In this document: positions 1-14,185 of the stretch, one piece after another
Position numbering within the stretch: position 1 is the first letter of the stretch
How the letters are laid out: the number at the start of each line of letters is the position of its first letter
Source of the DNA: the human T2T-CHM13v2.0 reference genome, Homo sapiens
Assembly: GCF_009914755.1 (NCBI RefSeq)
Contig: NC_060934.1
DNA length: 64,000 nt
Reading direction: 5' to 3' (one strand)
Position numbers and translations under genes: made by a program
The notes under the pieces: model-generated
What the model was told of the DNA's origin: nothing
What the model saw: only the letters and a program-made list of their open reading frames with translations
The model's database searches: none

Positions 1-282
1 AAGGGAAAATATTTATGACAAAAACCAAAGTCAGGGCACCTGGAGGAAGCCCTGCTAGAATCATTAATGCCAGCGGCACTTTTCCTGGGCTTTGGCTGGT
101 GACGTTAATTCTTAGTGTTGGGTTTTTAAAACAGCCTGTGTCTCCTGTTTTCCTTTCAGAAGAGTTTGAAGAACAGCTGAGGTGAAGGGAGCCACACAGG
201 GAGAAGGAAACATCCTCTGGTCTCAAAGCGAGATTTATTGTATAAAGACTGTAGTGCTTTAACTTTGAGCAGTGCTTTTTGA

Positions 283-1074
<792 letters not shown>

Positions 1075-1428
1075 TGACTGAGAAGAAACTGAGGCCTAAT
1101 GAAGTTTTGTGATTGGCTGGAGGCTGGACCAGAAGCTGGCTCCCAACTCCTCGACTTGCATCCCTTTTCCGCCGCTGTGGCAGCCACGACCCGGGGGCAA
1201 TCTTGTGGCAGAGAAGGGAAGCGTTGGCAGGGAAGCTGCCAGCCGCTACTGTGTGACTGCCTGGGTTGGTGCAGAGTTGGTCCTGTGACCAAAGGAGCTT
1301 CCAGGAGGTCAGAGAGACCAGCTCCGTGCCCCAAGGGCTGAGGTCATTTCTTAAGAAAAAAGACCAGAGAGCTCTGGCTCTGAGCCCCAGGCAGGGTCTT
1401 TCTCAGCCTCTTGAAAACTCTGGCTGTT

Positions 1429-1828
<400 letters not shown>

Positions 1829-1908
1829 TCACATAAAATAGAACCCAAGCAAAGGCTGCTTACTAGGCTCTTTCACGTGAACCCAGCCTAGAACGGCTTC
1901 CAGAACGG

Positions 1909-2338
<430 letters not shown>

Positions 2339-3649
2339 GCTGAGACCGCTCATCTCTCTTCCTTCCCATTGTAGGGCAAGCTGGTATTTCCATTCTCCAG
2401 GAGGACTTTGCTGCTTTATTCAACAACAAACATCCATTGAGCAGCTATGGTTTCTAAGTGTGCACCACTGGGCTTAGAATTGTTGATGGGCTTGAGGGGA
2501 TTAATCTCAACTCCAGCACCACCGCCTCCTTCACCCCCTGGGTAATCCCGAGACCCTGCCTTGGTGCCTGCTGCTCTCATTGTCCCGATTGTGGTTGTTA
2601 CCAGAGGTCCTTGTTTCTGCTGCAAGGTCCACCTCTGAAACCCTGACTCCAGGACCCTGCCTGGCACAAGTAGGGGCTCCACAAATGTCTTTCTAGTGAG
2701 TGGATGGAGGGAAGGTTGAGTAAATCATTGCATAAATAAATAGGAAAACCTGACTCTACCTTTATTATTAACTGTTAGTCTTCCAGGACAGAGCGTTCTT
2801 CTGCAGCAAGCAAAAGAGCCCTGGGTCAGGGGTTGGAAGCCCTGGCTGCAGCCCTGGCTCTGCCAGTAACTCCCTGTGGAACCTTGGGCAAGTCACTTTG
2901 GCCTGCTGGACCCCTGTTTTTCCATCTGTCACCTGGAGTTGTTACCCTTGCTCTGTGTGCTTTGAGGGATGGTGGTGAGGACCAGTCTGGGGCCCATGGC
3001 AGGTGGGATGGGGTGTGGGGTGTGCAGGGTGGCTGGGCTGCCAGGCAGGCTCTATGGGCTACATGCGGACACAGTGGGCCTCTTGAGGAACGAGACTGTG
3101 TCCTCTCAGCATTGAATCTCTGTGCCTGGCCTAGAGGTGCTGCTGAACAGCGTCTGTTGAACTCACAGCATGCAGAGTGGCCCACGGCACCAGGTCAAGT
3201 CCCTTCACACTTTGAAATTACTTAACAAAATATGATGTCACCTTTGGAAAATGGGTTACTGGTAGGGATTGAGGGCAATTTTGTCCTTCCAGGGGTTAGG
3301 TACAGAAAAGCGTCCTGTACTGGGGCCCCACCGCTGGGCTGGCCTGAGGATGCAGTTTGCAGGGACTCGGTGGGGACCCACCACACGCAGCGGCTGGTGC
3401 TGCACGTGGGAAGAGGGTGGGCTGCCAGCCCTGGAACCTGCCCTTCAGCCACTGGCCATCTTTGGGGACTGTCACTTGCCTCCCCACCTCAGCTGGAGGC
3501 AGAGGTCACTAGGCCAGGTTTCTTTCTGTTGAGTGGGTGAGCGAGGGGATACTAAGGAGTCTTCAGTAATGGCAGGGGGTGGCAGGGTGGGGAGTGTTGC
3601 TGTCTGGCTTGGCTTGATGAAGACCCTGAACCTGGCCTTGTTGGCTCTT

Positions 3650-3652
<3 letters not shown>

Positions 3653-3683
<31 letters not shown>

Positions 3684-3888
3684 GACAGAGTCTTGCTCTG
3701 TCACCCAGGCTGCAGTGCAGTGGCACAGTCATGGTTCACTGACTGTAACCTCTGCCTCTTGGGCTCAAGTCATCCTCCCACCTCAGCCCCCAGGCCTGAA
3801 TGACTGGGGCTACAGGCGTTTGCCACCACACCTGCCTCTTTTTTGTTGTTCTTTTGGTAGAGACAGGATCTTGCTCTGTTGCCTGGGT
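3653..3888 (-). mobile_element. Truncated AluJ
   Basis: T-tail plus Alu right arm and part of the left arm, flanked by a tggctcttc duplication. Confidence 0.85.
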
Positions 3889-4309
3889 TGCTGGCTCTTC
3901 TTATTTCTCCTCTGGGGCTGTCTTCTCCTGAGCCTCAGCTGAGTCCAGGTCTTCAAGCATGTGGCCTCCTCGGTGGACAGGAGGCCTGGGTTCCTGCTTG
4001 GGCTCTGTTGCCTACTCTCCATGTGACCGTGGCAGGTCATTTCACCTCTTTGACCTCAGCCTCCCTTTCTGGAAGGCAAAGGGGTTGGCACAGGCAACCG
4101 AGGTGTCCTGTGAAGCTGGAATGAATGAAAATGCAAGGTGCACATGTTTGTCATTCATTGATTGGACAAACGGTTATTACACACCTACTAAGTGCACTGC
4201 GCTAGGTGCTGGAGATGCCACACAAAGGGCAAAAGCTCCCGTCCTCATGGAGTCTGCACTCTAGTGACGGAGATCTGCGGCAGGCAGCACACACATCAGG
4301 GCCGTGGTC

Positions 4310-4860
4310 TGTTGGACAGCGGGGTATCCGTTGGGAGAAGCGGAGCCTCTAAGTGTCACATGTTGCAACTATCTGAGGCTGGTATTACACGGGGAGTAAG
4401 AAGAATTTTAGCAAATTCTTGTAAGAATTTGCTAAAATTCTTACTAAAGAAGGTACAGAAAGGCACGTTTTAAGAGAAAGTATGTAAAAGGTAAAGAAAG
4501 GCAGATTTTTAGAGAAAGTATGAAAATACATTGCAAGGGTGCAGTGGGCAAGTTAGCAAGAGAAGTGCTGGTTGCAAGGAGACAGAGGCTGGCTGGGGAT
4601 TTTTTAGGACAGTGCTTGTGCTGTTTGCTGAAGAGGGCTTTGTGCAGTACTGATAATGCTGAGGTTGCAGTGAGCTAAGTTGCATTTTTCTATCAGCCGA
4701 GGGTCTGGTGATAGCTGGGCACTGGAAGATTGTGTCATTTGCGTAGGAGGGCCGTGTCCCTGGACCATGAAGAAAGGCAGACTTGGAGCTTATCTGCTTT
4801 CTCTCTTTGCTTTCTCCTGGTCCCGCCAGCCTTACCCCTTTCCCTAATTAGGACTCCACA
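4310..4860 (-). mobile_element. ERV-type solo LTR inserted in an L2 remnant (left boundary approximate)
   Basis: Ends ...ccctaattaggactccaca, which is an LTR-like start TGTGGAGTCCTAATTAGGGA on -. Flanked on both sides by L2-like sequence. Confidence 0.55.
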
Positions 4861-4899
4861 GTTATGAGGTGCCGACGGGGCGGTATGAGGGCTTGCGGT

Positions 4900-5600
4900 G
4901 AGGGGTGGTTAGGCAGGGACTCCATGAGAAGGTGGTGTTGAACAGACCTGAAGGAGGAGCTGTGCTGGCATCCGGGGGAAGAATGGTTCAGATAGAGGGT
5001 GTGGCTTGCGTGCAGTCCCCGAGGTGGGAGCTGTGTGTTTGAGGAGCAGAGCTAGGGAACTGGAGGGCAGGAGGGGAGGGCAGAGGTTATGGGGACAGGA
5101 GGCAGACTGTGGGGCCTTTTCTGGGATTGCTGGGACTTTGGCTTCTACTCTGAGTGCAAAGGAAGAAATCGCAGGGTTTTGGGCAGACGCTTACTGTTTG
5201 TACAGTCATTTAGGTGCTGTGTTGAGAATAGACAGCAGGGGGCGGGAGAGGTGGCAGGGGGCCAGCCAGGGGCTGTCGCTGAGTCAAGGGTGTCTGGGAC
5301 TAGGGTGGTGAGAGGCGGTCAGCCTCTGGAGGTGTTTCGAAGTGGAGCCAGTGAGGTTTCCTGACTGACTGGCCGTGGGGTTGAGAAGGGCGAAGTGAAG
5401 GAGGAGTCCCGGGTTCTGGCCTGTGTACCTGGGAGGTTGGAGTTGCCACTGAGATGGGCAGGCTTATGGACGCAGCAGGTTTGGGGTGTGCTCAGGAGGT
5501 TCACTGGGACATGCTTTGTGGGTTTGGGCTGCCTGACCCTTATCCATGCGGAGCACTTGAGCCGCTGGCATGTCCAGTCTGCAATCCTCAGAGTCTGTCT
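4900..5600 (-). mobile_element. L2 LINE remnant
   Basis: Degenerate L2 motifs (ctttggcttctactctgagtg, gagttgccactgagatggg, gagttcactgggacatg). Confidence 0.6.
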
Positions 5601-6293
5601 AGGATCTGGATTCAAGATGATACTAGAAGCTGTGAGCCAGGACAAGAGGGCCTGGGGAGGAGTGCTCACTGAGCGCCTGCCACATACCAAGTTCTCTGCA
5701 GACCCCCAGGGCGGTGGGGAGAAGGGGGAGGTGTAAACCTGGTTATTGGCTGGTGCCCGCCCCTGGGTTTATGGTTGTTTTGAGACAGCCCCTGCCTTGA
5801 TGAAGCAATTAGAATCTGTTAAGATGGAATTTAGTGCAATGTTTAATTGAAAGGTTCAGCCTGAGGGCAGAGGAGGCTAAGAAGGGCAGGGCTGTTGGGC
5901 TGGAAGGCCCGGAGCAGGCTTGCACTTTGGGAGAGTGGGGGCTTGTCATAGGCCTGGAGGGAACCCGACCAGGCAGGAGGAACAGCATGGGTGAAGGTAC
6001 AGAGACAAGAGTGAGCAGGGAGTGGTGGGCTTGACTGTGGCCAAGTGGGGGAGGGTGGTAGGAAGAGCTGGGGTCTTGGGGCTCATCTCCCAGCTCAGAA
6101 CTCTGAGTTTGGGCAGGATGCCTACTGTTTGAAGGGTTAACTAAGCATGTGCTAAACAAACAAACAAACAAACAAACAAACCAAAAACAACCTTGCTGAA
6201 CCTCATCTGCAAAATGGGACAGTCCCGCCTCCTTCACAGGGTTGCTAGGAGAATGTGTTAGGGTCTAATCCTCAGGTCAGGATGTGACGCGCT

Positions 6294-6312
6294 CGGCCCG
6301 CAGGTGGCACTC
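6294..6312 (+). promoter_or_regulatory. Candidate CTCF site (forward)
   Basis: CGGCCCGCAGGTGGCACTC aligns closely to the CTCF consensus TGGCCACCAGGGGGCGCTA. Confidence 0.55.
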
Positions 6313-9300
6313 AGTAGACCCTGACGCACGTGTTCTGCTTGTGTGGTAGCCTGGGGAGGCTCCCCAGCCCTGCCTCAGTGGGCCTCTCCCTGGTGGCCCG
6401 GCAAAGAGCAGAGCTTCATGAGAGCCCCTGCTGGCACTGCTGGGCTGCCTCGATGCCAGCCAGGCCGGAGGCTTGAGAGGCCCGAAGTACCCAGTGCCCC
6501 GGCCACCTCTCCTGGCCCTCTTCTATTTTAGGGCTCAGTCCAATGGATGAGGAAGCCTTGTCCGGCTCCACCACAGCTAATGACAGCCTGGCAGGCCGTA
6601 TATAAACAGCTCCACTATTTTTATCAACAGGAGGTGGCTGACCCGTCCTCCCCAGGCAGTGTGCTAACATGGGGGACGGTGTTAAGGAAACCAGGGCCTT
6701 GATAGGAAGATGGGCAATTGTCTCAAATCACAGACCTGTGATCCAGCAAGATGTGCCCTCGGAACCTTCTGGGGGCGGGGGTCAGGCGTCACCTGTACAC
6801 AGTGGTCTGAATTTGGAGATAATTCTACCTTTGCCAGTAGAGCTCAGAAGGAGCCACTCCACCTCTTACCCCAGAGAATCTTTCTCAGACCTAATCCTTA
6901 CCCGTGTCTCTTGCAACAGGCAGCCTCCATCCCCACGGCTGTGGGAGAGGATCGTGCTGGTGCGGTCGTGTCCATGGCACAGAGCCAGAGCTGAGGGCGT
7001 TTCACGCCCATAGCACATTGCCTCTGAGCTCTTTAATTGAAAGCAGTTTAGAATGGCTCTTGCCTGGTGGAACTGTGGGTGATTTCCTTTTCTTCCTTCT
7101 AAGAAAATGTTTTGAAATAGGCTCCAGGCTTTCGGATGGAGCTTGGGGAAGGATAGAAGCAGCCTAAGGGGTGGGGTGGAGAGCGGCCAGTTGCATTGTG
7201 GCGCAGACCGTCCATCCTTGCAGATAGGTGGGGTTGCGTTGTATTGGCTGCGGTTTATATTTAGGTAAAATCTTTGTTGTTGTTGTTCACTCCCCAGTCT
7301 CTAAGCAAATCCTGCCCCCAGCGGCCCCAGCACTTCTGTGGCAGCCATGGGCCATTCCCGCCCTCAAATCCCCAGAAACCCTCACTGGCCTCTGTCTGCA
7401 GGGCCAGGCCTTGGCTTGGCCTCCATACCCACTCCAGGCCTGGCCTCTCACCTTTACCCCTCCCCTACCGCCATGAGCTCCTCCCACTCTGCCCACCCTG
7501 GGAGGGGGTTCCCTGGGGACTCACCTCATTCTCGGGCCCCCTTCCTGCCTTTCATGCCCTCCGCCACTCAAGGCACCATTCTGCCTCCTCTCTGTAGACC
7601 TCACCCACCCTAGATGTCCCCTCTTCCTTGAGCCTGCAGCTGCTGTGGCTGCTTTGAAATTATTTCCATCCCCCTCCAGGCACGGAGGGCAGGGCCTGTG
7701 AGTAGTTCATCTTTGCATCCCCAGTATGTGGCTTGGGTGATGGGCACGGTGTAGTGGTCCCTCCCTGCTGGATGGATGAGCGGATTAGTGAGCTTTCTGT
7801 GGTGCACACGTGCCTTCTCATCCCTCACTTTGCTGAGAAATCCTACTTCCATAAACCTGGGGCCTGTGAGTTTAAATGGCAGAACCAGGACCTGAACCCA
7901 GCTCATGGGACTCATGTCTCCCAGGGAGTCACAGTGCTGGCTCTGGTCCCCTCGCCCCTCTTGGGCACAGCCTGCTGTCCACCTTTCACCCCTGTCCCCA
8001 TCTCCAGGGCCCCAGAGCTCCTTCTGGATGGATGGGTGGGCAGGCTTTGCAAGTTACCATCTACTCTGCGACCCTGGAGGCAAAGACAGCAAAGGCCGTG
8101 GAGGTAGAAGTGGGAGGTTGGGGACCACAGGCCCTGCTCAGGCTACTCCAGCTCTGATTCCTGGGACTGTGGACTGTGCCACGTCTGAGGCCGCAGAGCC
8201 CACCCTGGGGCTAAGGAGGAGATGCATGTAGGCTGATGTCGTGTTCCTGTGCGGAAGGGCTTCCAGCTGCAGCCCAGCTGTGAGGAGAGCAGCCCTTTCC
8301 GGCTCCCAGAGGCTGGGGCTTGCTGTGCCCTCGCACAGATGTTCCTGGTGCCCGAGGGATGACCCCTGTGCCACGTCCTCTTCCTGGAGCAGGGAGAGCT
8401 GCTGTGGGTTTGGGGGATGGGGTGAGAAGGGGATGGGTGTGAGGCGAGGTGTGGCCTTCGCTTTCCAAACTCCCCTTCCATAGCGTGCAGGGGAGGGTGC
8501 TGGGTGGGTGACATGTCTGTGAGGGGTGGAAGGAGCAGGGTGGGCAGGGTGCCCTGTAGGAGAGCCTGGCTGTGCATGTCCTGGGCCTTATCCCCTGGCC
8601 TGTGGCCTGTCCCCTGACTCCCCAAATCATGGAGAACCTAGAAGGGACCCTCTTTAAGTTCCCTTCCTCCTGAGCACAAATCTCCCATACATCTTCTGTT
8701 AACAAGTCACTCATACTCTCAAACCCTCAGTGGCTCCCCAGTACTGAAGCCATAACGTGTAACCTTGGCTATAGAGAGTCACCCAGAGGGATTTTGACAA
8801 TCCCGATGCCCAGGCTACACCCTGCTGAGATTCTCATTGGATTTTTCTAAGTGGGGCCCAGGCATCTGCATTTTAAAGTTCCTCATGTTTCTCATGGACA
8901 GCAAGGTTGTGAACCGCTGACCTGGGATAAACTTTCTAGGTGACAGGTGGCTTCCATAATAGATCCAGCCCAGCTCCCCGTCTTGTCCCTCCTCATCCTC
9001 CCTCCAGCCAGGCCAGCCCCTCTCAGCCCCCACACTCCAGGCAGCAGCCTCACCTCTGTTTCCCCCATCTGGTCCACGTTCTGTCTGTGCAAATCCACCA
9101 GGCCTCCACGGCCCAGCGGCACTCCCACACTCTCTGGGAAATCTCTCTTTAATTGGCTTTGCTGTCCCTCTCCGCCCCAGCACGTGGCCTGGTGCCATTT
9201 CCCATGAAGATGCTCAGGCTTGCTTGCTTAAAAGATCGATGCCCCACAGCCTCCCCTGCACCCACACATCCTCTCCCAACCCCTCTCCTGAGCCACTTCC

Positions 9301-10094
9301 TCTCTTGCTGCTCCTTGGCCAGGTGGCCTTTCTCTGTTACCTGTCCGCAGCCTTGGAGAGGGTGAGGGCTGGGGGATCTGAGGGCTTTATGTGTACCCCT
9401 TTCACTTTTGGAAGTCACTTAGGGACCTTTGGGCTCAGAGGCCAAGATGGGGTTTCTCCCCTTCAAGGCTGGAGGATGAACTCACCCACCCAGTAGGCCC
9501 AGTGTAGGGGTGGATTGAGGGGAGGAGATTGATGTGCGTCCACACGGCAGAGCCTCGAGAATGTAGCCTTGATGACCCCTGCCATCGGCGCCTCCCAGGC
9601 CACTGGTCAGAGCCCTCATACCCTCGCCGAGGGAGGCCTGAGGGGCAGCAGAGAGAGGAGTGAAGCCTTTCCTCTGATCCTTGGAGGATTGGGGGTTGGC
9701 AGGAAGTGGCAGTAAGGGTCCTCCCACCCTGGGCATCGGTCCTGCCGTGTGGGAGGGCCTCAGCATACCTCAGGCGCCATGCAGGGTATCTACAATGAGC
9801 TCTCCTGCTGTCCCTGTTCACCCCTCAGAACAGGACAGTGGTTATGATTCCATGGCGAGGAGAGGGATGCTCAGGGAGGCCAGGAGGCTTGCCATGCCTC
9901 TCAGGTAGGAAGTGGGCTCCTGACCCGCGGCCCTGGCTTGCTCCATTGCTTGTCCTGTAACCCAGGTGGAAGCAACGCCCTCAGCTCTGAGGCTGGATCA
10001 CCCTGCCCTGGCACTCAGGGCAGCAGGGTGGCATGTTTGTGTGTTGGGGGACACGGATCCCCCCACACTGACCCCACCCTGTCCTGTCCTCCAG

Positions 10095-10250
10095 GCGAAG
10101 GCAGCGAAAGAGGCGCAGGAAATGCGGAGGCTGCAGCTGCGGAGCCTGCAGTACTTGGAGCGCTATGTCTGCCTGATTCTCTTCAACGCGTACCTCCACC
10201 TGGAGAAGGCCGACTCCTGGCAGAGGCCCTTCAGCACCTGGATGCAGGAG
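10095..10250 (+). CDS. PALD1: Paladin (PALD1) penultimate coding exon, 52 codons, phase 0/0
   Basis: Acceptor ccctgtcctgtcctccAG|GCG and donor GAG|GTGAGG. Encodes AKAAKEAQEMRRLQLRSLQYLERYVCLILFNAYLHLEKADSWQRPFSTWMQE, recognised as the paladin C-terminal region. Splices in frame to 12312. Confidence 0.93.
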
Positions 10251-10821
10251 GTGAGGGGAGGCTGAGGCCGAGAGGGGCCGGGGCGATGGCTCCTGCAGAT
10301 GGAGCTGGGTCACAGCCACTCAGTGCCTGTACATGGCCTGCGGGGACCCCGTGACAGGCGGGAAGAGCCCCCATCCCCCTTTCTGCAGGAGGCTTCTGTT
10401 TGGCCAAGAGTTTGTCTAATCTGACTTTGGGTCCCGAGCAGTTTGTCTGTGCCTGGCAGGCAGTTGATGAGTTTGATGAATGAACAAATGAATGAGGAGG
10501 AGGGAGGGGACAGAGTGGTGAGGGACAGAGCAGGGCAGCCTCTGGGGCTGGGACCCTGTCACCACAGCCACCCTTGCGTGCATGACAGCTCTGGGCCCAC
10601 CTGGGCACTTCATGCCCACAATTGTGGTCAGCCCTCACCTGTGCTCCGCGAGGGCCTAGGGTGAGGCTGTAGTGGCCCTGCCCCTTTCTCCCTCCAGCCG
10701 TGACCTTGGACCAGTGAGCCAACTCCTCCACAGCTGCTGGCCTTAGCACTAACATGGAGGTGATGTGGATCCTGTGGGTGCCAGCCCTGAAGGCTGCGTT
10801 GGGGACTTGGGGAGACATACA

Positions 10822-10835
10822 GTGCCATCTGCTGG
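10822..10835 (-). promoter_or_regulatory. Candidate CTCF site (reverse)
   Basis: Minus strand CCAGCAGATGGCAC is a perfect match to the core CCASYAGRKGGCRS. Confidence 0.55.
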
Positions 10836-12311
10836 AGCCTGTACTAGGCAGGTCTAGCACACTGTGATTGTCGCTCTCCCATTTTACAGAGGCAGAGACT
10901 GAGCACAGAGAGGGTGGGTGACTTGTTCAAGGTTGGCATTAGGGCTGATTGATTGGCTCCAGAGCCCACTGTATCCTGACCTAAGACACCTCCCTTGCTG
11001 TCCGGCCTCCTGGATCCTCTCTGTTTGGCCTCCTGGCTCTTCTTGCACTCAGTTGTTTTAGAGGCAGAGCTGCCACCTTGGCACCTCTAGTTCAGAAGAG
11101 AGGCCTCCTTCCCTCCTTGGCAAAGTGGCCTGTAATTACTCCTCTGCCAGGAAGCTGGCCCCTCCAGACCTCACCAGCAGATCCTGGCAGTTCTAATCTG
11201 GACTGGAGGCTGGAATTAGCTCCTGGGAAGTGGGTGGGTGGAGAGCAGGGGCCGGTGACCTGGCCAGAGTGGGCACAGGAAGGGTATGGGGGCTGAGGCA
11301 GGTGTGAAGTGGACTCAGGGCTATGAAGGAGTGGAGGCAGAGTGGCAGGCTTTGAGGGTGGGCCTTGGGACGTCAGGTGGAGAAGCATTTGAAATGCCCC
11401 CGGTGCATGTGATGTGTGTTGAGTCGGGAGACCTGATGGGGTCACACCAAGGCCATGTCGGGGTGCCTTCTTGAGCAGGCCTGGGCTCAGCTTCCTCTGC
11501 GAGCCCCTGGGGAGGGGTGGAGGTGGAAGGGGATGAGGACACTTCCTGCTTGGGTTCTGCTTGGAGAGCAGAAGTTGGGGGAGCCTGGGGCCGAGAGGAA
11601 GCTTGATCCCCTCCCCAGCTGAATCCCCCACTGGGGCTGGGGGAGGTCAAGAAAGGAGGGCTGCCGGTCCAGGCAGAAGTGTGGGTTCCAGCCTCGGGAC
11701 CTCAGCCCCTCTCTCCTGCGGATGAGTGGAGGGTAGCAGTGAGGGAGGCCCCAGAGCGGGACGGACCCATTCCTTTGTTCTAAGTGGAGGCTGCACCCTC
11801 CCCTTCCCCAGGATGGTGGAGAGAGAAGGGGACTGGTTGTGGATGGTTTGAGTCTGGTGCCAGGGTCTGGGCTGCTGGGCGGCAGGGCTGAGTGTCCAGG
11901 GGTGCCTCCAGCTAGCCCACCTGGGGCAGAGGCCATAGCCTTACCTGCCCCTGCATCCACGTTCTTCCTCCAGCCCTCCCTTTAGGCCCTGCTCCTGGGC
12001 GTCCACGTGGGAGCATCGAGCTGCACAGGGCCCAGTGTGTGCCTGGCCTCCCTCGCTGCTATCTGTGTGGAGCACTCACTGTCTGCCCAGTACTTTCTGT
12101 ATGTGTAGAGTCCTCCTTGAGACAGTCCTGTGAGGTAGAGTCTTTTCCTTGCTATGAGGAAACTGACGCTCAGAGAAGTTAACAGAAGTCAAGGTGCAAA
12201 CTTGTTCAGGTCACCAAGTTCACAGGCCACAGACTCATCTTCAGAACTCAGTGGCCTTAGTGGCACCCTCCCTCCCCTGAAACACTGCTCCTGCCTCTGC
12301 TCTCCTCCCAG

Positions 12312-12464
12312 GTGGCATCGAAGGCTGGCATCTACGAGATCCTTAACGAGCTGGGCTTCCCCGAGCTGGAGAGCGGGGAGGACCAGCCCTTCTCCAGGCT
12401 GCGCTACCGGTGGCAGGAGCAGAGCTGCAGCCTCGAGCCCTCTGCCCCCGAGGACTTGCTGTAG
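12312..12464 (+). CDS. PALD1: Paladin (PALD1) last coding exon to TAG stop
   Basis: Acceptor ctctgctctcctcccAG|GTG. Encodes VASKAGIYEILNELGFPELESGEDQPFSRLRYRWQEQSCSLEPSAPEDLL, stop TAG 12462-12464. Missed by the ORF track in this frame because it has no start codon. Confidence 0.93.
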   Translation: MASKAGIYEILNELGFPELESGEDQPFSRLRYRWQEQSCSLEPSAPEDLL

Positions 12465-14185
12465 GGGGCCTTACTCCCTGTCCCCCCACCCACAGGGCCC
12501 CACGCAGGCCTGGGGTGTCTGAGGTGCTCTTGGCTGGGAGCGGCCCTGAGGGGTGCTGGCCTTGAAATGATTCCCCCACTTCCTGGAGAGACTGAGCGGA
12601 GTTGGGAGCCTTTTTAGAAAGAACTTTTTATAGGACAGGGAGACAGCACAGCCATCCCTTGCAAACCACCAAGGTGTGTGGCTGACCTCCAGGGAGGAGC
12701 ACTCACTGGAGTGCTCACAAGGTGCACACTGCTGTGTGTACCTTGCAGACAGGCCGGCGTTCAGCCTCCAAGGGGCTCACTCCCCCAGTTGCCAAACACT
12801 GTGGATCTCTCTGTCCTCTTCTCCCCTCTCTCAGATTGGCCTGGCAGCCCCTGGCACAGAGCAGACCCGGCCACTGGTAGCTCCCCACTTCCTTACTCCT
12901 GCTGCTCTGCCATTGCCGCTCCCCTTCTTGCTGCCCAAGCACTGCCCTCGGGCGTCTGGCAGCCTGAGGTGGGTGGAGGGGACAGTGTTCTGGATAGATC
13001 TATTATGTGAAAGGCAGCTTCACCCAGTTTTCTGGACTCTCATGCCCCCATCTCCGACCTGGGAGACTTCAGGAATGACAACCTACCCAGCCTGGTGGGG
13101 CTGGCAGGATGGTGGAGGTTTCTCAAGGAGCTGGAGACTTCAGGGAGCCCCTCTCATGGGGAGGAAAGAGCTTCCAGGGGGCGAACGCAGCACAGAGGAA
13201 GAGGCCTGCTCCACTTGTCTGGGAACCTGGGCAGGAGGCACAGAGGAAGCCAAGGCCTGGAGCTGCAGGTCCCCCGGCATCTCTCTCTGTCCCGGCAGCC
13301 CAGGATGGCCTGGTGCCCCCACCTGCTGCAGCAGGAGCCCCAAGGAGTGCTAGCTGAGGGTGGTTGCTGGGGTGGTCCTCATGGACAGTGAGGTGTGCAA
13401 GGGTGCACTGAGGGTGGTGGGAGGGGATCACCTGGGTTCCAGGCCATCCTTGCTGAGCATCTTTGAGCCTGCCTTCCGGTGGGAGCAGAAAAGGCCAGAC
13501 CCTGCTGAGTTAGAGGCTGCTGGGATCCACTGTTTCCACACAGCGGGAAGGCTGCTGGGAACAGGTGGCAGAGAAGTGCCATGTTTGCGTTGAGCCTTGC
13601 AGCTCTTCCAGCTGGGGACTGGTGCTTGCTGAAACCCAGGAGCTGAACAGTGAGGAGGCTGTCCACCTTGCTTGGCTCACTGGGACCAGGAAAGCCTGTC
13701 TTTGGTTAGGCTCGTGTACTTCTGCAGGAAAAAAAAAAAAGGATGTGTCATTGGTCATGATATTTGAAAAGGGGAGGAGGCCGAAGTTGTTCCCATTTAT
13801 CCAGTATTGGAAAATATTTGACCCCCTTGGCTGAATTCTTTTGCAGAACTACTGTGTGTCTGTTCACTACCTTTTCAGGTTTATTGTTTTTATTTTTGCA
13901 TGAATTAAGACGTTTTAATTTCTTTGCAGACAAGGTCTAGATGCGGAGTCAGAGATGGGACTGAATGGGGAGGGATCCTTTGTGTTCTCATGGTTGGCTC
14001 TGACTTTCAGCTGTGTTGGGACCACTGGCTGATCACATCACCTCTCTGCCTCAGTTTCCCCATCTGTAAAATGGGAGAATAATACTTGCCTACCTACCTC
14101 ACAGGGGTGTTGTGAGGATTCATTTGTGATTTTTTTTTTTTTTTTTGTACAGAGCTTTTAAGCATTAAAAACAGCTAAATGTGAG
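12465..14185 (+). other. PALD1: PALD1 3'UTR (3' end approximate)
   Basis: Follows the stop codon and ends just after ATTAAA. Contains a MIR fragment (~14000-14125) and a T-run (~14130-14146). Confidence 0.8.
14164..14169 (+). terminator. PALD1: PALD1 polyadenylation signal (ATTAAA)
   Basis: ATTAAA preceded by a T-run and TGTA (CFIm-type element), followed by GT-containing sequence. Confidence 0.75.
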
